Of a stretch of 24,831 bases of DNA, positions 1 to 10,722 are shown piece after piece. Every line of letters starts with the position of its first letter. The stretch's first letter is position 1. The translations under genes were made by a program, and so were the position numbers. Location of the stretch: assembly GCA_000388065.2 (NCBI GenBank), contig KB932202.1, one strand, 5' to 3'. The DNA comes from Fonticula alba ATCC 38817 (taxonomy: Eukaryota; Protista; Nucleariida). The notes under the pieces are model-generated. The model saw nothing but the letters and a program-made list of their open reading frames with translations, made no database searches and was not told the origin of the DNA.

Positions 1-1459
1 GGGGGGGGAGGCGAGCGCCTTCACACGGCAACACGGAGCGAAAGGGCGTGTTCAGCCTGTTGGGCGTGCGCATGCGCGGGCTCCCGGGTGTGTGTGTCAC
101 AGCGCAGAGGCGCGCCGTCGTCAGAGTCAACCGGGGGCACGGCGTTATTGGAGAGAGGGAAGATGGGCTCCCACACTTTTCGGGCGAGTGAGGGGGGGGG
201 GGGAACAAAAAGAAGCACACGTTCCCCACACGGCTGCCCGGAGATTAGAGCGGCCCGGCTACCCCGGCTCAAGTTAAGATCCCAATTATGCGGCGTCATG
301 ACCACAGAGCCACATGATCCCGGAGGCCAAATGCGGCGGTTTGGCGAAGGGCCGCCTCCGCCGCCCTTCGCAGCGGGATATGTGCATCCTGCGTTGTGTT
401 CCCCTGGGGCAGGCGTGTGTGTGTATGTGTGTTGTGTCTTGGGACCCGGCGTGTGGGTGCGCAGCTCGCTGCTGGTGAGAACCCGCCCGGAAAGGCTGCC
501 ACCGATGGGGGGTGGCAACGTTCTTCGGGACTCTCCCTGTCCCCTTCCCACCGGGCGAGACGCTCGACCCGGGGAGGGAGAGAAGGGCGGACTTATTTCG
601 GCGGAGGATGGTGTTGGCTCTTGTCCGCGGTCAGGCATCGATGGAGAGAGCACTCGGCCGGGCATCTGCCTCGACCTTCCCCCCCGGGGGCGGGAGGGGC
701 GCCAAGAACAGGGCTGGCCGGCAGCCGCGCACCTTTGTGCGGCCCTTATCATCGGCGGCGCTTGCCCGGTCGTTCGTTGGGTCCACTAGACACCACCCCT
801 CGTCCAAGTCTTGCTGGCCCGGAAGCCATCTGTTTGTGGCCCTGACAGGTCGCCCATCGTCGTCGCTGCTGGTGTTTTTAGTGTTCTTGGTTGGGGCCGT
901 TTTGTCTGGACCGTCAGTTCCCAAGAGAACCTGGCGTTTCTGAACACTCGGGGGCCGAGGGGGGAGGGGGGGGGGGGGCGACACCGTTCTCATTATTCGC
1001 AACCTGCATGCGTCGAGTTGTTGGTGCGAACGGTGTGAGATGGAGGGCCCTCCTCGGCCGCAAGGCGGTTGCAATGTGGGGGGCCTTCCTTGTGTCTGAT
1101 TCTCTGCGTGTCCTTCGCACTCTCTTTCCCTCTGTTTCTTTCTTTCTGCCAGCCTCCCGCCCGAGCCCCTCTTCCAGGCCGGCTCGGTCTTCTTGTGGAC
1201 TTGGGGGGAGGGGGGCAGGCGGTGCCATGAGTTGTTTGCCAGGATCCACTGTAGTGACCTGTGAAGTGACCCCCACCCGGCACACAGCCACCGTGGAGGC
1301 TGATTACAAATGAGCACCCGGGCGCTTCCGTCCCCCTCCCTCCCCTCCTCCCTCCCTTGCCCCTTTCCGACTCGCGCTCCGCTCCCTTCACTCCCCCTCC
1401 ACTTGTAGATCCCTCCTTCTATTCGGCTCAAATCCCTCCCGCCGACCTCGCTCGAGAGG

Positions 1460-3433
1460 ATGTCCTATCAGCCTGGTGCCCCGCCGGCCGGCTATGGCGC
1501 GCCGTACAATCCCCAGGTAGATTGATCCCCCCCCCCCCCCCCCAATGTTGTCTCCCTCTCATAGCTCCCTTCTGCACATGCACACGCACCCACACGATAG
1601 AGCATCTCTTGCCATCCTCCTCGCGACCCTGCTTATGACGCCCCCCTTGCTGGACTAACCCCCCCCCCCCCCTGTGTTTTCCCGTCCCTAACGCAGCAGC
1701 CGACGCAGGCCGGTGCGACCCCCGGGGGCTACGTCCCTGGCATGGCCCCTCCGCCGATGATGGGCGGCGTGGCCCCTCCACCGATGATGGGTGGCGGCGT
1801 GGCCCCTCCGCCGATGATGGGTGGCGGCGTGGCCCCTCCGCCGATGATGGGTGGCGGCGTGGCGCCCCCGCCCATGCCCGGGACTCAGCCCCAACCGGTG
1901 CATCCTGGCGCGGGTGTCCCACCACCGATGATGGCCCCTGGTGGGCTCCCGGCCCAGATGAATCGGCCTGCCCCGGCTGGTATGGCTGTGCCGCCGATGC
2001 CTGGTGCCCCGACGGCGGTCGCTCCGCCTCGGCCGGTCGCCATGAATGCCCCGCCGATGCCTGGCTCTGTCGCTGCTCCGCCGATGCCTGGGGCTCCGGG
2101 CACCGCTGGCGCGCCGCCGATGCCCACCACCATGGGCGCGCCGCCGATGCCGGGTGCCATGCCCCCCACTCACCACATGCCTGGACTTGCGCATTCTCCC
2201 TCGGCGGCCGCGGCACCCTCGCTTCAAAGTGCGCAGAATCAGTTTGCCACCATGTCCCTCGGCACTCAGCAGCCCCAAGCTTCCGCGGCCACCGCCACGC
2301 CTCCCCGTCCTGGGCCTCCCCCGTCAATGGCCGGTGTCGCGGCGCCTCCTCCCATGGCACAGTCACCGCAAGGATTTGCCCCTGGGCAGATGCCTGCCGC
2401 CGGGCCGCATAGTCCCTCGGTCGGCGCCCCCAGTGGACTCTTCCCCCCATCGACAGCTGGTGCTGCTCCGCCGCCTCTCCCCGGCCAGCAGCCTCAATAT
2501 GGTTACCCCCAGCAGCAGCAGCCCCAGCAGCAGCAGCCCCAGCCGCCGCAGCAACAGCAGCAGCAGCAGCAGCAGCCGCAGCAGCAGCAGTCCCCTGCCG
2601 GGCAGTATGGTTATGCGGCGCCAGGTGCTCGCTTCCCCCCCATGCCTGGTCAGTCGATGCCTCCCATGCCCGGCCAGCCGATGCCTCCCATGCCCGGCCA
2701 GCCGATGCCCCCCATGCCCGGCCAGTTGATGCCTCCTATGCCGGGCCAGCCGTTCCCCCACTCCCCGAGCCATGCCCATCCGCAGCAGCACATGCCGCAG
2801 CAGCCGATGCCACAGCAGCAGCAGCAGCCTCAGCCGTCTCAGCCGCAGCAGGGGGCCCGCAACGCTTCCTCGGTGGACCTGGCTCAGGTCCCCTCGCCGG
2901 TAGGCGTGTTGGCCGTGGACCAGGCCGCCCACGAGGGGCGCCCGTACTACACACGCAGCTCGGCCAAGGCCCCGCCTTTGTCCTTCACTGAGTGCAGCAT
3001 CATTGATGATGGCAACTGCAGCCCGCACTTCATTCGGTCAACCATGTACCAAATCCCCACCACCAGCGATCTGCAGAAGTCCTGCAAGATCCCCTTCGGC
3101 TTTGTGTTGCAGCCTTTCGCCGAAACTTCGGTGCGTCTCCTCTTCCCTCGCCTCCTGCTCTCGGCCGCTTGCTCGAAGTTCTCCCTTCGGCATGGGCATC
3201 TGCGCTAACGCTCTCCCGTCCTGTGCGATCTCTTTCTCCCCCCCCCCTCTCCCCCCTCTCTTTTGCCATTCTCGCTCGATCTGCAGATCACCGTGCCTCT
3301 GGTTGATCATGGTGCCCGGGGCCCCGTCCGTTGTGGCCGTTGCCTGGCATACATCAATCCCCACTCGCGCTTCGTCGACAATGGGTCTTCCTACATCTGT
3401 GCCCTGTGTGGTCTGAAGAATGAAGGTGTGTTT

Positions 3434-3465
<32 letters not shown>

Positions 3466-4596
3466 CTTCTCTCTCCCCCCCTCGCGATCGGAGATGCCAC
3501 GGGGAGAAATGTTTTCTCAGGCTCTTCCCCATGGAGTGCATCGGTTATACTTACCATTTGTTTTGTTCCTCCCAAAGTGACTGGCGATTTCTACTGCAAC
3601 CTCGATGTCATGGGTCAGCGCCTTGACCAGAAGGACCGGCCAGAGTTGTCCCGCGGTTCGGTCGACTATGTTGCCCCGGCTGTTCGTTGCATCTGCCTTA
3701 CCCCTTCCCGTTTCACCCCCTGTCCGTTTTCCGCCCGTACCTGACGTGCGCCTTTTTTCTCCCCCCCCCCCCCCCATCCCACCCACCCACCCACAAACCC
3801 ACACACACCCCTGCAGGATTACTTTGTTCGTCCCGCGGCTCCGCTTCATATTGTCTTTGTTGTGGATGTTTCCATCCAGAGCCAGACATCTGGCGCTCTT
3901 CAGGCCATGTGTGATGCCATTCGCCTGTCGCTGGACTCGCTGCCTGAGCAGGTGTCGCTGGATGGCGAGCGCAAGCCCTCGCCTGTGCGCGTGTCTCTGG
4001 TGGCATTCGACCGGTTTGTCTATTTCTTCAACCTCTCGGTATGTACAACTACCCCCCCCCCCCCCCTCCCCCTTCACTCTCTCATTTGGTGATACTTGTG
4101 GGGCATCNNNNNNNNNNNNNNNNNNNNNNNNNNNNNNNNNNNNNNNNNNNNNNNNNNNNNNNNNNNNNNNNNNNNNNNNNNNNNNNNNNNNNNNNNNNNN
4201 NNNNTTTGGTCCAAATTTCCCCCCTCTGTCTCCCTGCCCCCCCCCTCCCCCTTCCCCCTCCCTCCCCCTTTTTTTTTGCCTTGTCCACTGCCTGCTGTCC
4301 TCCGATTACTCACCTTCTTCGTGTACTTGGCTGCCATGGGCGTGTGACCTCCCATGTAGAGTGAATCCGAGTCGTCCATCCCCCAGATGATGGTGTGCAG
4401 CGACCTGGAGAACGTGTTCATCCCCATCCACAAGGGCATCTACTGCGAGCCGGCCACCAGTCAGGGCCGAGCCAGCCTCCTTAGCGTGCTGGACTTCCTG
4501 CCGTCGCACTTCTCGTGCATTGGCTCGCCACATGCGGGCTTTGCCGCGGCCGTTGACGCGGCCCAGAAGATTCTTGTACGTTGGCTTTCATTGTGT

Positions 4597-4628
<32 letters not shown>

Positions 4629-6318
4629 GCGCCTCCCGCCTCCTTCTCCCTTCCCGCCTTTCTCTCTTTCTCCCTCTCCCTCGCTCCCTCTCTTCTGTCA
4701 AGCATGGGTTCTAATGTGTCCTCTCCACCACTCGCTTCAGGTTGAGTCCGGCGGCCGCGTTGTGGCGCAGCTCTGCTCGCTGCCGACATACGGTCCTGGC
4801 AGCCTGCTCTCGCGCGGCGACGAGCGTTCCGTCCTCAACACCGACGGCGAGAAGGCCTGGTTCGGGCCGCAGGGCAAGTCCAAGTTCTATGACAACATGG
4901 CCAAGACCTTCGTCAAGGCCGGGGTCAGTTTGGACCTGTTCCTGACGTGCCCGCTGCCATCGGCCGATGCCCGCACGACGTCCCTCAGCAACTCGGCCCA
5001 GGTGCTGACCAGCCCCAGTGGCGCGGCCTTCATGGACGTGGCCACCCTGGGACATGTGCCCCTGCGGACGGGTGGTCGGACCTTCCACTATCCCCGGTGG
5101 TATGCGCCGCGCGATACCATCCAGCTGACCGAGGAGGTGGCCCGGCGGGTGAGTCAAACCCAGGGATATGACACCCTGTCGCGCATTCGCACCAGCACCG
5201 GTGTGGACATTGCCTCGTACTATTGCGGTCTGGCGGAGCCTTCCAACTCGGATCTGGCGGTGCCATTGATGGATTCGGACTTCGCGCTGGCCATCAAGAT
5301 GTCGTACGATTCGAAGCTTGATGACTCGCCGGTCATCGTCCAGTCGGCCACCCTCTACACCACTCCCTTCGGGCAGCACCGGGTCCGGGTGCACACCTTG
5401 GCCCTGCGCACGACCACCTCCTCACAGGCGACCTTCCAGCATGCGGACATGGATGCCCTGGCCGCCTACACCTTCAAGCAGGCGGTGTACAGTTGCCTGT
5501 CCGAGGGGCAAGCCGTGGCCGAGGCCAAGACCAAGCTCCTGAAGCGCGCGGCCGCCCTGTTGGCCGCCTACCGAAGCCAGTGCTCGTACCAGACCCCGGC
5601 TTCGCACCTGGTCATGCCCGAGACCTTGAGCACCATCCCGCCCTACCTGCTGGGCATGTGCAAGTCCAGCGCTCTCGGGACGGCTCTCGATGGGGAGATG
5701 TCTGTCGACACCCGGGTGGCGGCCATGCATTCGGTCTTGTCGTCCGGTGTGGCGGCTCTCTTGTTGCTGCTGTATCCGGTCATGTATGACCTGACGCCGC
5801 TGCTCCAGGCGCCGGGCTCGTCGCCGGCCGGAGCCGCCGGCGCCTCCGCCGACGAGAGCCCCGGGTCCCCGGCTCGTGGTCTGCCGCTGACGCGTCTGTC
5901 CAGCACCTGCCTCTCGCCGAGTGGGCTCTTCCTGTTGGACAATGGCCAGCGTATGTTCCTCTGGCTGGGGCACTCGGTGCCGGTGGGTTACCTGCAGCAG
6001 CTTCTCGGGGTCGACCGACCGGAGCTGGCCAGCTCCCTGAGCGATACGTCGGCCGATCCCCTGCCGGTGCTGGACACGCCGATCTCCCGGCGTGTCCGGC
6101 AGCTGGTCAACATGCGCCGATTCCAGGCCACTGGAGGGTCGCTGTCGGCGCCGGCCGGTTCCGGGCGCTGGGCTCCGCTGCAGATTATCGTGCAGAAGTC
6201 CACCCGCGAGGCGCGCTTCCACGACCTGCTCATCGAGGATGCGTCGAATGCCGGGCGTGCTCTGCCGCCGCTGTTGGTGGATCTTCATCAGCGCATTTGC
6301 GCCGCCAACAGCAAGTAA
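1460..6318 (+). CDS. SEC24: COPII coat cargo-adaptor Sec24, Sec24C/D (Lst1/Sfb3-like) subfamily. Exons: 1460-1516, 1697(or 1700/1709)-3130, 3287-3425, 3578-3681, 3817-4038, 4360-4575, 4741-6318; ~1249 aa
   Basis: The spliced translation gives a Pro/Met/Gln-rich N-terminus, DDGNCSPHFIRSTMYQIP (C/D-type), zinc finger RCGRCLAYINP...CALCGLKN, YCNLD..GQRLD..DRPELSRGSVDY, trunk domain VFVVDVS, beta-barrel GQHRVRVHTLAL, helical domain and gelsolin-like LFLLDNGQRMFLWLG. All introns are GT-AG and the phases are consistent. Exon 1 is the least certain (weak GTAGAT donor). Intron 5 contains an N gap. Confidence 0.96.
1742..1878 (+). repeat. Coding tandem repeat of 27-30 nt, ~4.5 copies, encoding (G)GVAPPPMMG
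   Basis: GGCGTGGCCCCTCCGCCGATGATGGGTGGC is repeated in frame in Sec24 exon 2. Confidence 0.95.
2510..2590 (+). repeat. Interrupted CAG repeat encoding a poly-Gln/Pro tract in Sec24
   Basis: Encodes [28 protein letters not shown] second, shorter tract lies at ~2813-2830. Confidence 0.95.
2636..2752 (+). repeat. Coding tandem repeat of 24 nt, ~5 copies, encoding PPMPGQxM
   Basis: Units of the type CCCATGCCCGGCCAGCCGATGCCT lie in frame in Sec24 exon 2. Confidence 0.95.
3434..3458 (+). repeat. (CT)n microsatellite in Sec24 intron 3
   Basis: Read directly from the sequence. Confidence 0.9.
4108..4204. other. Assembly gap (97 N) inside Sec24 intron 5
   Basis: N run. The flanking exons join in phase 0 (FFNLS|SESESSIPQMMV), so no exon appears to be missing. 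Confidence 0.99.
4601..4628 (+). repeat. (CT)14 microsatellite in Sec24 intron 6
   Basis: Read directly from the sequence. Confidence 0.9.
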
Positions 6319-6502
6319 GCATCTCCCCCTCGGGGGAGGAGGGGCCGAGCCTCCTCCCGTGTGTCCCGCCTTCCCAGCGACGACGGGAGCCACACTCCTC
6401 GTTCTGCACCCGAGAATGCGTGGTGTGGGCTCCTTCTCATGTGTGGCCCCCCCCCCCTCCCCCCCTCCCCCGGCGTAAGCTTGCTCCACTTTGGCCTCCT
6501 CC

Positions 6503-6718
6503 NNNNNNNNNNNNNNNNNNNNNNNNNNNNNNNNNNNNNNNNNNNNNNNNNNNNNNNNNNNNNNNNNNNNNNNNNNNNNNNNNNNNNNNNNNNNNNNNNN
6601 NNNNNNNNNNNNNNNNNNNNNNNNNNNNNNNNNNNNNNNNNNNNNNNNNNNNNNNNNNNNNNNNNNNNNNNNNNNNNNNNNNNNNNNNNNNNNNNNNNNN
6701 NNNNNNNNNNNNNNNNNN
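6503..6718. other. Assembly gap (216 N) followed by a ~110-nt poly-C-rich tract, between the convergent SEC24 and GluRS 3' ends
   Basis: N run, followed by C runs at 6719-6830. Confidence 0.99.
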
Positions 6719-7370
6719 CCCCCCCCCCCCCCCCCCCCCCTCCCCCCCCCCCCCCCCCCCCCCGCGTTAGCTTTCCCCCCCTTGGCCCCCCCCCCCCCCC
6801 TTCCCCCCTCCCCCCCCCCCCCCCCCCCACCACCTCCCCTCTCCTCTGGACATCTGTGGGCGCGTCCGGTCCCCTCTTCCACTTCCCCTCCTTCGCTCCA
6901 AACAATCCTACATGGTGCCCTGTGCATGCATCAATACAGTCGATCGAATATGAGGCCTTTTCCTCTTGCAAGTGGTAATCTCCCTCTGAGGGGGGGGGGG
7001 GAGAACGAATACAATCGAGGCAAGGGTGTGTGCGTGTGTGTGTGTGGAGGAGATTTATATTCGCAGTAGGGTGGGAGGGGAGGCAGGTGTGCATAGGGGG
7101 GGGGGGGGGGGAGGAGTCCCTCCACACAGGAGCAGGACCACATCCATGCTCATGAGTGTGAACAAACCACGAGGCGCGACATACGGCGCAGCCGGGAGGA
7201 ATGTGACCACACATGGCACGCAAAATGCATCCCTGGTTGTCCTGTGGTACTCTCAATGGGCAGGCCGATTCTCAGGAGAGGAAAGGAAACATGCCGCGGA
7301 GGGGCGCCGGAGGGAGGCGCGCGATCACACCCGGCCCCTTACCCCCCCCCCCCCCACAAGCACCGACATC

Positions 7371-9490
7371 TTACTTCTCCATGCGGCCGTCAGGGATGAG
7401 GATGAAGACAAACTCACCGTCGGACGCCTTGTCCACGATGAAGTTGGCCTTACGCTCAAACTGGATGATGTCCCCGACCTTCAGGTCGGCGATGTTCTCG
7501 GCGTTGGCGAAGGCAGACACCGTGGACACGGAGTCGTGGTTGACGAAGTCCTCGAAGTTGTCCTCGTCCTCAAGCTTGGGCTTGGTAATGAGGTAGCCAA
7601 ACTCCTGGAGCTGGACCGTGGCCAGAGGGCTGTCCTTGGACAGCCAGGTGAGCTTCTTGGTCTTCTTGAAGTCGCCCTCCGGGTTGAAGTCGCCCTCCAT
7701 GGCGGTGATGACACCAGCGTCGTCCTTGGTGATGGACTTGATGATGACATTGCCCAGGTCCATGAGGGTGACCTCCTCGCCCTCGACGAGGGAGGCCGCG
7801 TCGACGCTCTCCAGCAGGAGATTCGAGCTGACAAACAGCTTCTTGGTCCCGACGTCGGGGTTCTTCTTGTGCTTGGGGATGTCGCGCACGGCCGGCACGG
7901 CGTCCAGACCACGGACGGTCAGCGGCACGGCACCGTCCACATTGATGGCAGTGAAGCGCGGAGCCACCGGGTCGATGGCCTTCTTGTTGAGGGCCCACAG
8001 CTTGTTCCACTCCAGCAGGAGGATGTTCTTGGAGGCGCCCTGCATGAGGATGTACTCCTTGAGAGTCTCGACAGTGAGGCCGCGACGGAGGATACCTGGG
8101 TGGCGGCAGTGGCGGTGGCGGTGGCGATGGCGGTGGAGGGGGGGGGAAGTCAGCGAAGGGCGGACAATCCGAGAAAAGGGGAGAAGAGGGAGAGGCCGCC
8201 TCGCGACTGTCACCCGAGGAGGCAGAGGAGGCCCACGCCGTCAGGATGGCACACGGGTATGGACGTACCACGGACGGTCGGGAAGCGGGGATCATCCCAG
8301 CCGGGAACAACACCGTTGTCCACAAACCAGGCGAGCTTGCGCTTGGACAGCAGGGTGTGGATGAAGTTCATGCGGCTGTAGTCCCAGATGAAGGGCTTGC
8401 GCAGCTTCAGGGTGTCGATGAACCAGTAGTACTGGTCGTTGCGATCGCGGTACTCATTGGTACGCAGAGCATGGGTGACCCCCTCGTAGGAGTCGACGAT
8501 CGGGCAGGCGAAGTCGTAGGTGGGGTAGACCTTGTACTTGGTGCCGGTACGGGCGTGAGGAACCTCGTTCACACGGTAGATGACCGGGTCGCGCAGGGCC
8601 TTGTTCAGGGCGTCAACCGACATCTTGGCGCGAACGCAGCAGGTCTTACCCTGTTTGGCGGGCGCACATCGGCAACCGGGACAGGGGGGTCGCGTGGCAG
8701 GAAAGATTCGAGGTCAGCACCATGAACAAGTGTAAGTCAGCAGATGCGCGCCGGGGGGGGGGGGGTCTCCCCCCTCCGGCGCCCTGGCCAAAGAGAGGAG
8801 CATATGGACGCACGAAGTCGGTGGCCTTCTTCATCTCCTCCCAGCGGCGGAGGTTCTCCTCGACCGACTGGTCGCGGCAGGCGGAAGCCACGCCGTCCAT
8901 GCGCTGCTGGCGCATGACCTCCTGGACGGTGTCATCGACGTAGGCATGGCCCTCCTCGATCATGCGGACGCAGTAGGTCTCCAGCATCTCGAAGGAATCG
9001 GAAGTCCAGGTGACGGTGTCGGGCTTGATCTTCAGCAGCTCCAGGTCGTGGAGAATGGCCTCCTCGAACTCGGCCTTCTCCTTGGAGGGGTTGGTGTCGT
9101 CGAAGCGGACAATCAGCCGGCCATTGTAGCGCCGGGCGAAGTACTCATTCAGCAGGGCGGCCTTGGTGTGACCAATGTGCAGGTAGCCGGAGGGCTCAGG
9201 CGGGAAGCGGGTCACAACACCGGCCTCGACATTCGGCAGGCCAACCTCGAAGGACCCCTGGTCCTTGGAGGCGGTCTCGCCGCTGGCGGAGGCCTGCTGC
9301 TTGGCGGTCTCGCGCTGCTGCTGCAGCGACACGGTCCGATCAATGACCTTGGTGGCCGCGGGGTTGGTGGGCTGCTCCTTCATGAAGGCGAACCACTTGG
9401 CCAGGTTGGGGTAGGCAAAGTCGGCCTGGCTGACGCTCTCCACGAACTTGGGGTTGCCTTGGTGGGTGAGGTGTGGCAGGAGGAGGAAGA

Positions 9491-9524
<34 letters not shown>

Positions 9525-9953
9525 GGGGGGTTAGAGTCAGGGGACGAAGCGGGCCGAGATAATGCGCGGGGGAGGACATCGGCCAAGCTGCCAGGAAGCC
9601 CGAGAGCGAGGCCGTGCCCGGGCAAATGGAAAAGGGAGGTGCATACGGTTCAGGCACTCGAACATGACGTTGTCACCGAGCTTGGCCTCGGCGCCCATGA
9701 CAAAGCCATCGGCACCAAGATGGGCCTCGATGGCCTCGACGATGTCCTTCAGCTCCTCGGCAGTCTTCTCGTCATAGGCGAAGAAGTGGCGCACGGAGAA
9801 GGTGATCCAGGTGTTGGGCGAGGCGATCGGGCCGCCGAAAACCGGGTGCGGGGCGTTCTTGCCGGAGGCGGCGGCCGCGGCAGCGGCAGCGGCCTTGGCC
9901 TGCTTCTTGGAGATGGCCGGAGCGGCAGCGGGGGCAGCAGCAGAGTCGGTCAT
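7371..9953 (-). CDS. GUS1: Cytosolic (eukaryote-type) glutamyl-tRNA synthetase, not fused to ProRS. Exons (5'->3'): 9953-9647, 9457-8814, 8650-8269, 8095-7371; 685 aa
   Basis: Motifs seen: [17 protein letters not shown] (HIGH), [51 protein letters not shown] (KMSKS-equivalent), [17 protein letters not shown], anticodon-binding beta-barrel ending [20 protein letters not shown], and a GST-C-like N-terminal helix bundle. Donors are GTATGC, GTGCGT and GTACGT. Phases sum to 2058 nt. Confidence 0.97.
8101..8134 (+). repeat. Degenerate (TGGCGG)n hexamer repeat in GluRS intron 3
   Basis: The sequence reads tggcggcagtggcggtggcggtggcgatggcggt. Confidence 0.8.
9494..9523 (+). repeat. (GCA)10 trinucleotide repeat in GluRS intron 1 (pyrimidine-rich CTG on the sense strand)
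   Basis: Read directly from the sequence. It is intronic and accounts for the false poly-Leu start of ORF 8646..9524. Confidence 0.92.
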
Positions 9954-10690
9954 GTTGGGTGAGGAAGAGGGGGGGGAGGGGGAGGGGGAGGGGGCTTGTG
10001 TGTAAGTCTAGATCTACGCGTATTGATGGCCTCTCTTCAAGAGGCCGGGTGCGATTCCGAGAGTGGCTCCGGCTTACATTCCCCCACCCCATCCCTGTCT
10101 GTCCCGCCCCCCCCCCCTCACTCCCACCCGGGGATGATCTTGAGAGAGCCAAGCCGCGGGAATGGCATACATTGCGCAGCCTACCGACGTAATGCGTTGA
10201 CCCCCCTGCCCGGGGAGCATGCCAGGCCGTGTCTTCCGCCCCCCCCCCCCCTCTAGCTCACAGTCTCCCCCACGAGTCGGCAAGCCTCCTGCCCGGGATG
10301 CGCCCCACCCCTCCCGGGCAGAGGGGTCTCCATGTCAAGGCCCGCGCGCCGGTTGGGTCCTTGACACACGCGAATATGTCGGCGCATGGGGCAGCCCACC
10401 AGGAACGGTGCATGGACTGCGTGGCCGGCCTCCGCGCGAACATGCACAAGATCCGAGTCAATGTCAATCGACCAAGGCCCCGCCGGCCATTGCGAGGAGC
10501 GAGCCCGCCCGGCCCCGGACTCCGTTGACTTGCGACGCCGAGTTTCGTCTGGGAGGGGGCTGATCCCCCCCCCCCCCCACCCGGTCGGGGCCCATTCTTC
10601 CATCACACCGCACCCGGGATCCAGTGTGTGGTCTTTTGCCTGCGCTTCCCCCTTGCTCTCTCCCTTTGGCACACGAAACGCCCTGACCAG

Positions 10691-10722
<32 letters not shown>

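Noticed and set aside
21-1431. Many overlapping 100-270-aa ORFs on both strands at the left end
   Set aside because: They are Arg/Gly/Pro-rich translations expected at high GC, with no recognisable domain and no coherent splice structure.
1742-2752. Regular 24-30-nt repeats as a possible CRISPR-like array
   Set aside because: The repeats are head-to-tail with no unique spacers, vary at synonymous positions, lie in frame in Sec24, and no cas genes are present.
3547-3555. ATACTTACC, identical to the U1 snRNA 5' end
   Set aside because: It is only a 9-nt match inside Sec24 intron 3. The following sequence has no U1 stem-loops or Sm site.
5422-6927. 501-aa minus-strand ORF overlapping the SEC24 3' end
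   Set aside because: It depends on translating through a 216-N gap and a poly-G tract. The rest is the antisense shadow of Sec24.
7026-9962. Long antisense ORFs opposite GluRS (7026..8381, 451 aa; 8946..9962, 338 aa), suggestive of sense/antisense synthetase coding
   Set aside because: Both are codon-aligned with the GluRS exons. Antisense stops need in-frame TTA, CTA or TCA codons, which are rare in this GC3-rich gene. The products resemble no protein family.
10021-10070. tRNA- or SINE-like element (7-nt-loop hairpin plus B-box-like GGTGCGATTCC)
   Set aside because: There is no acceptor stem, D arm or A box, the T stem does not pair, and the B box has a mismatch at an invariant position.
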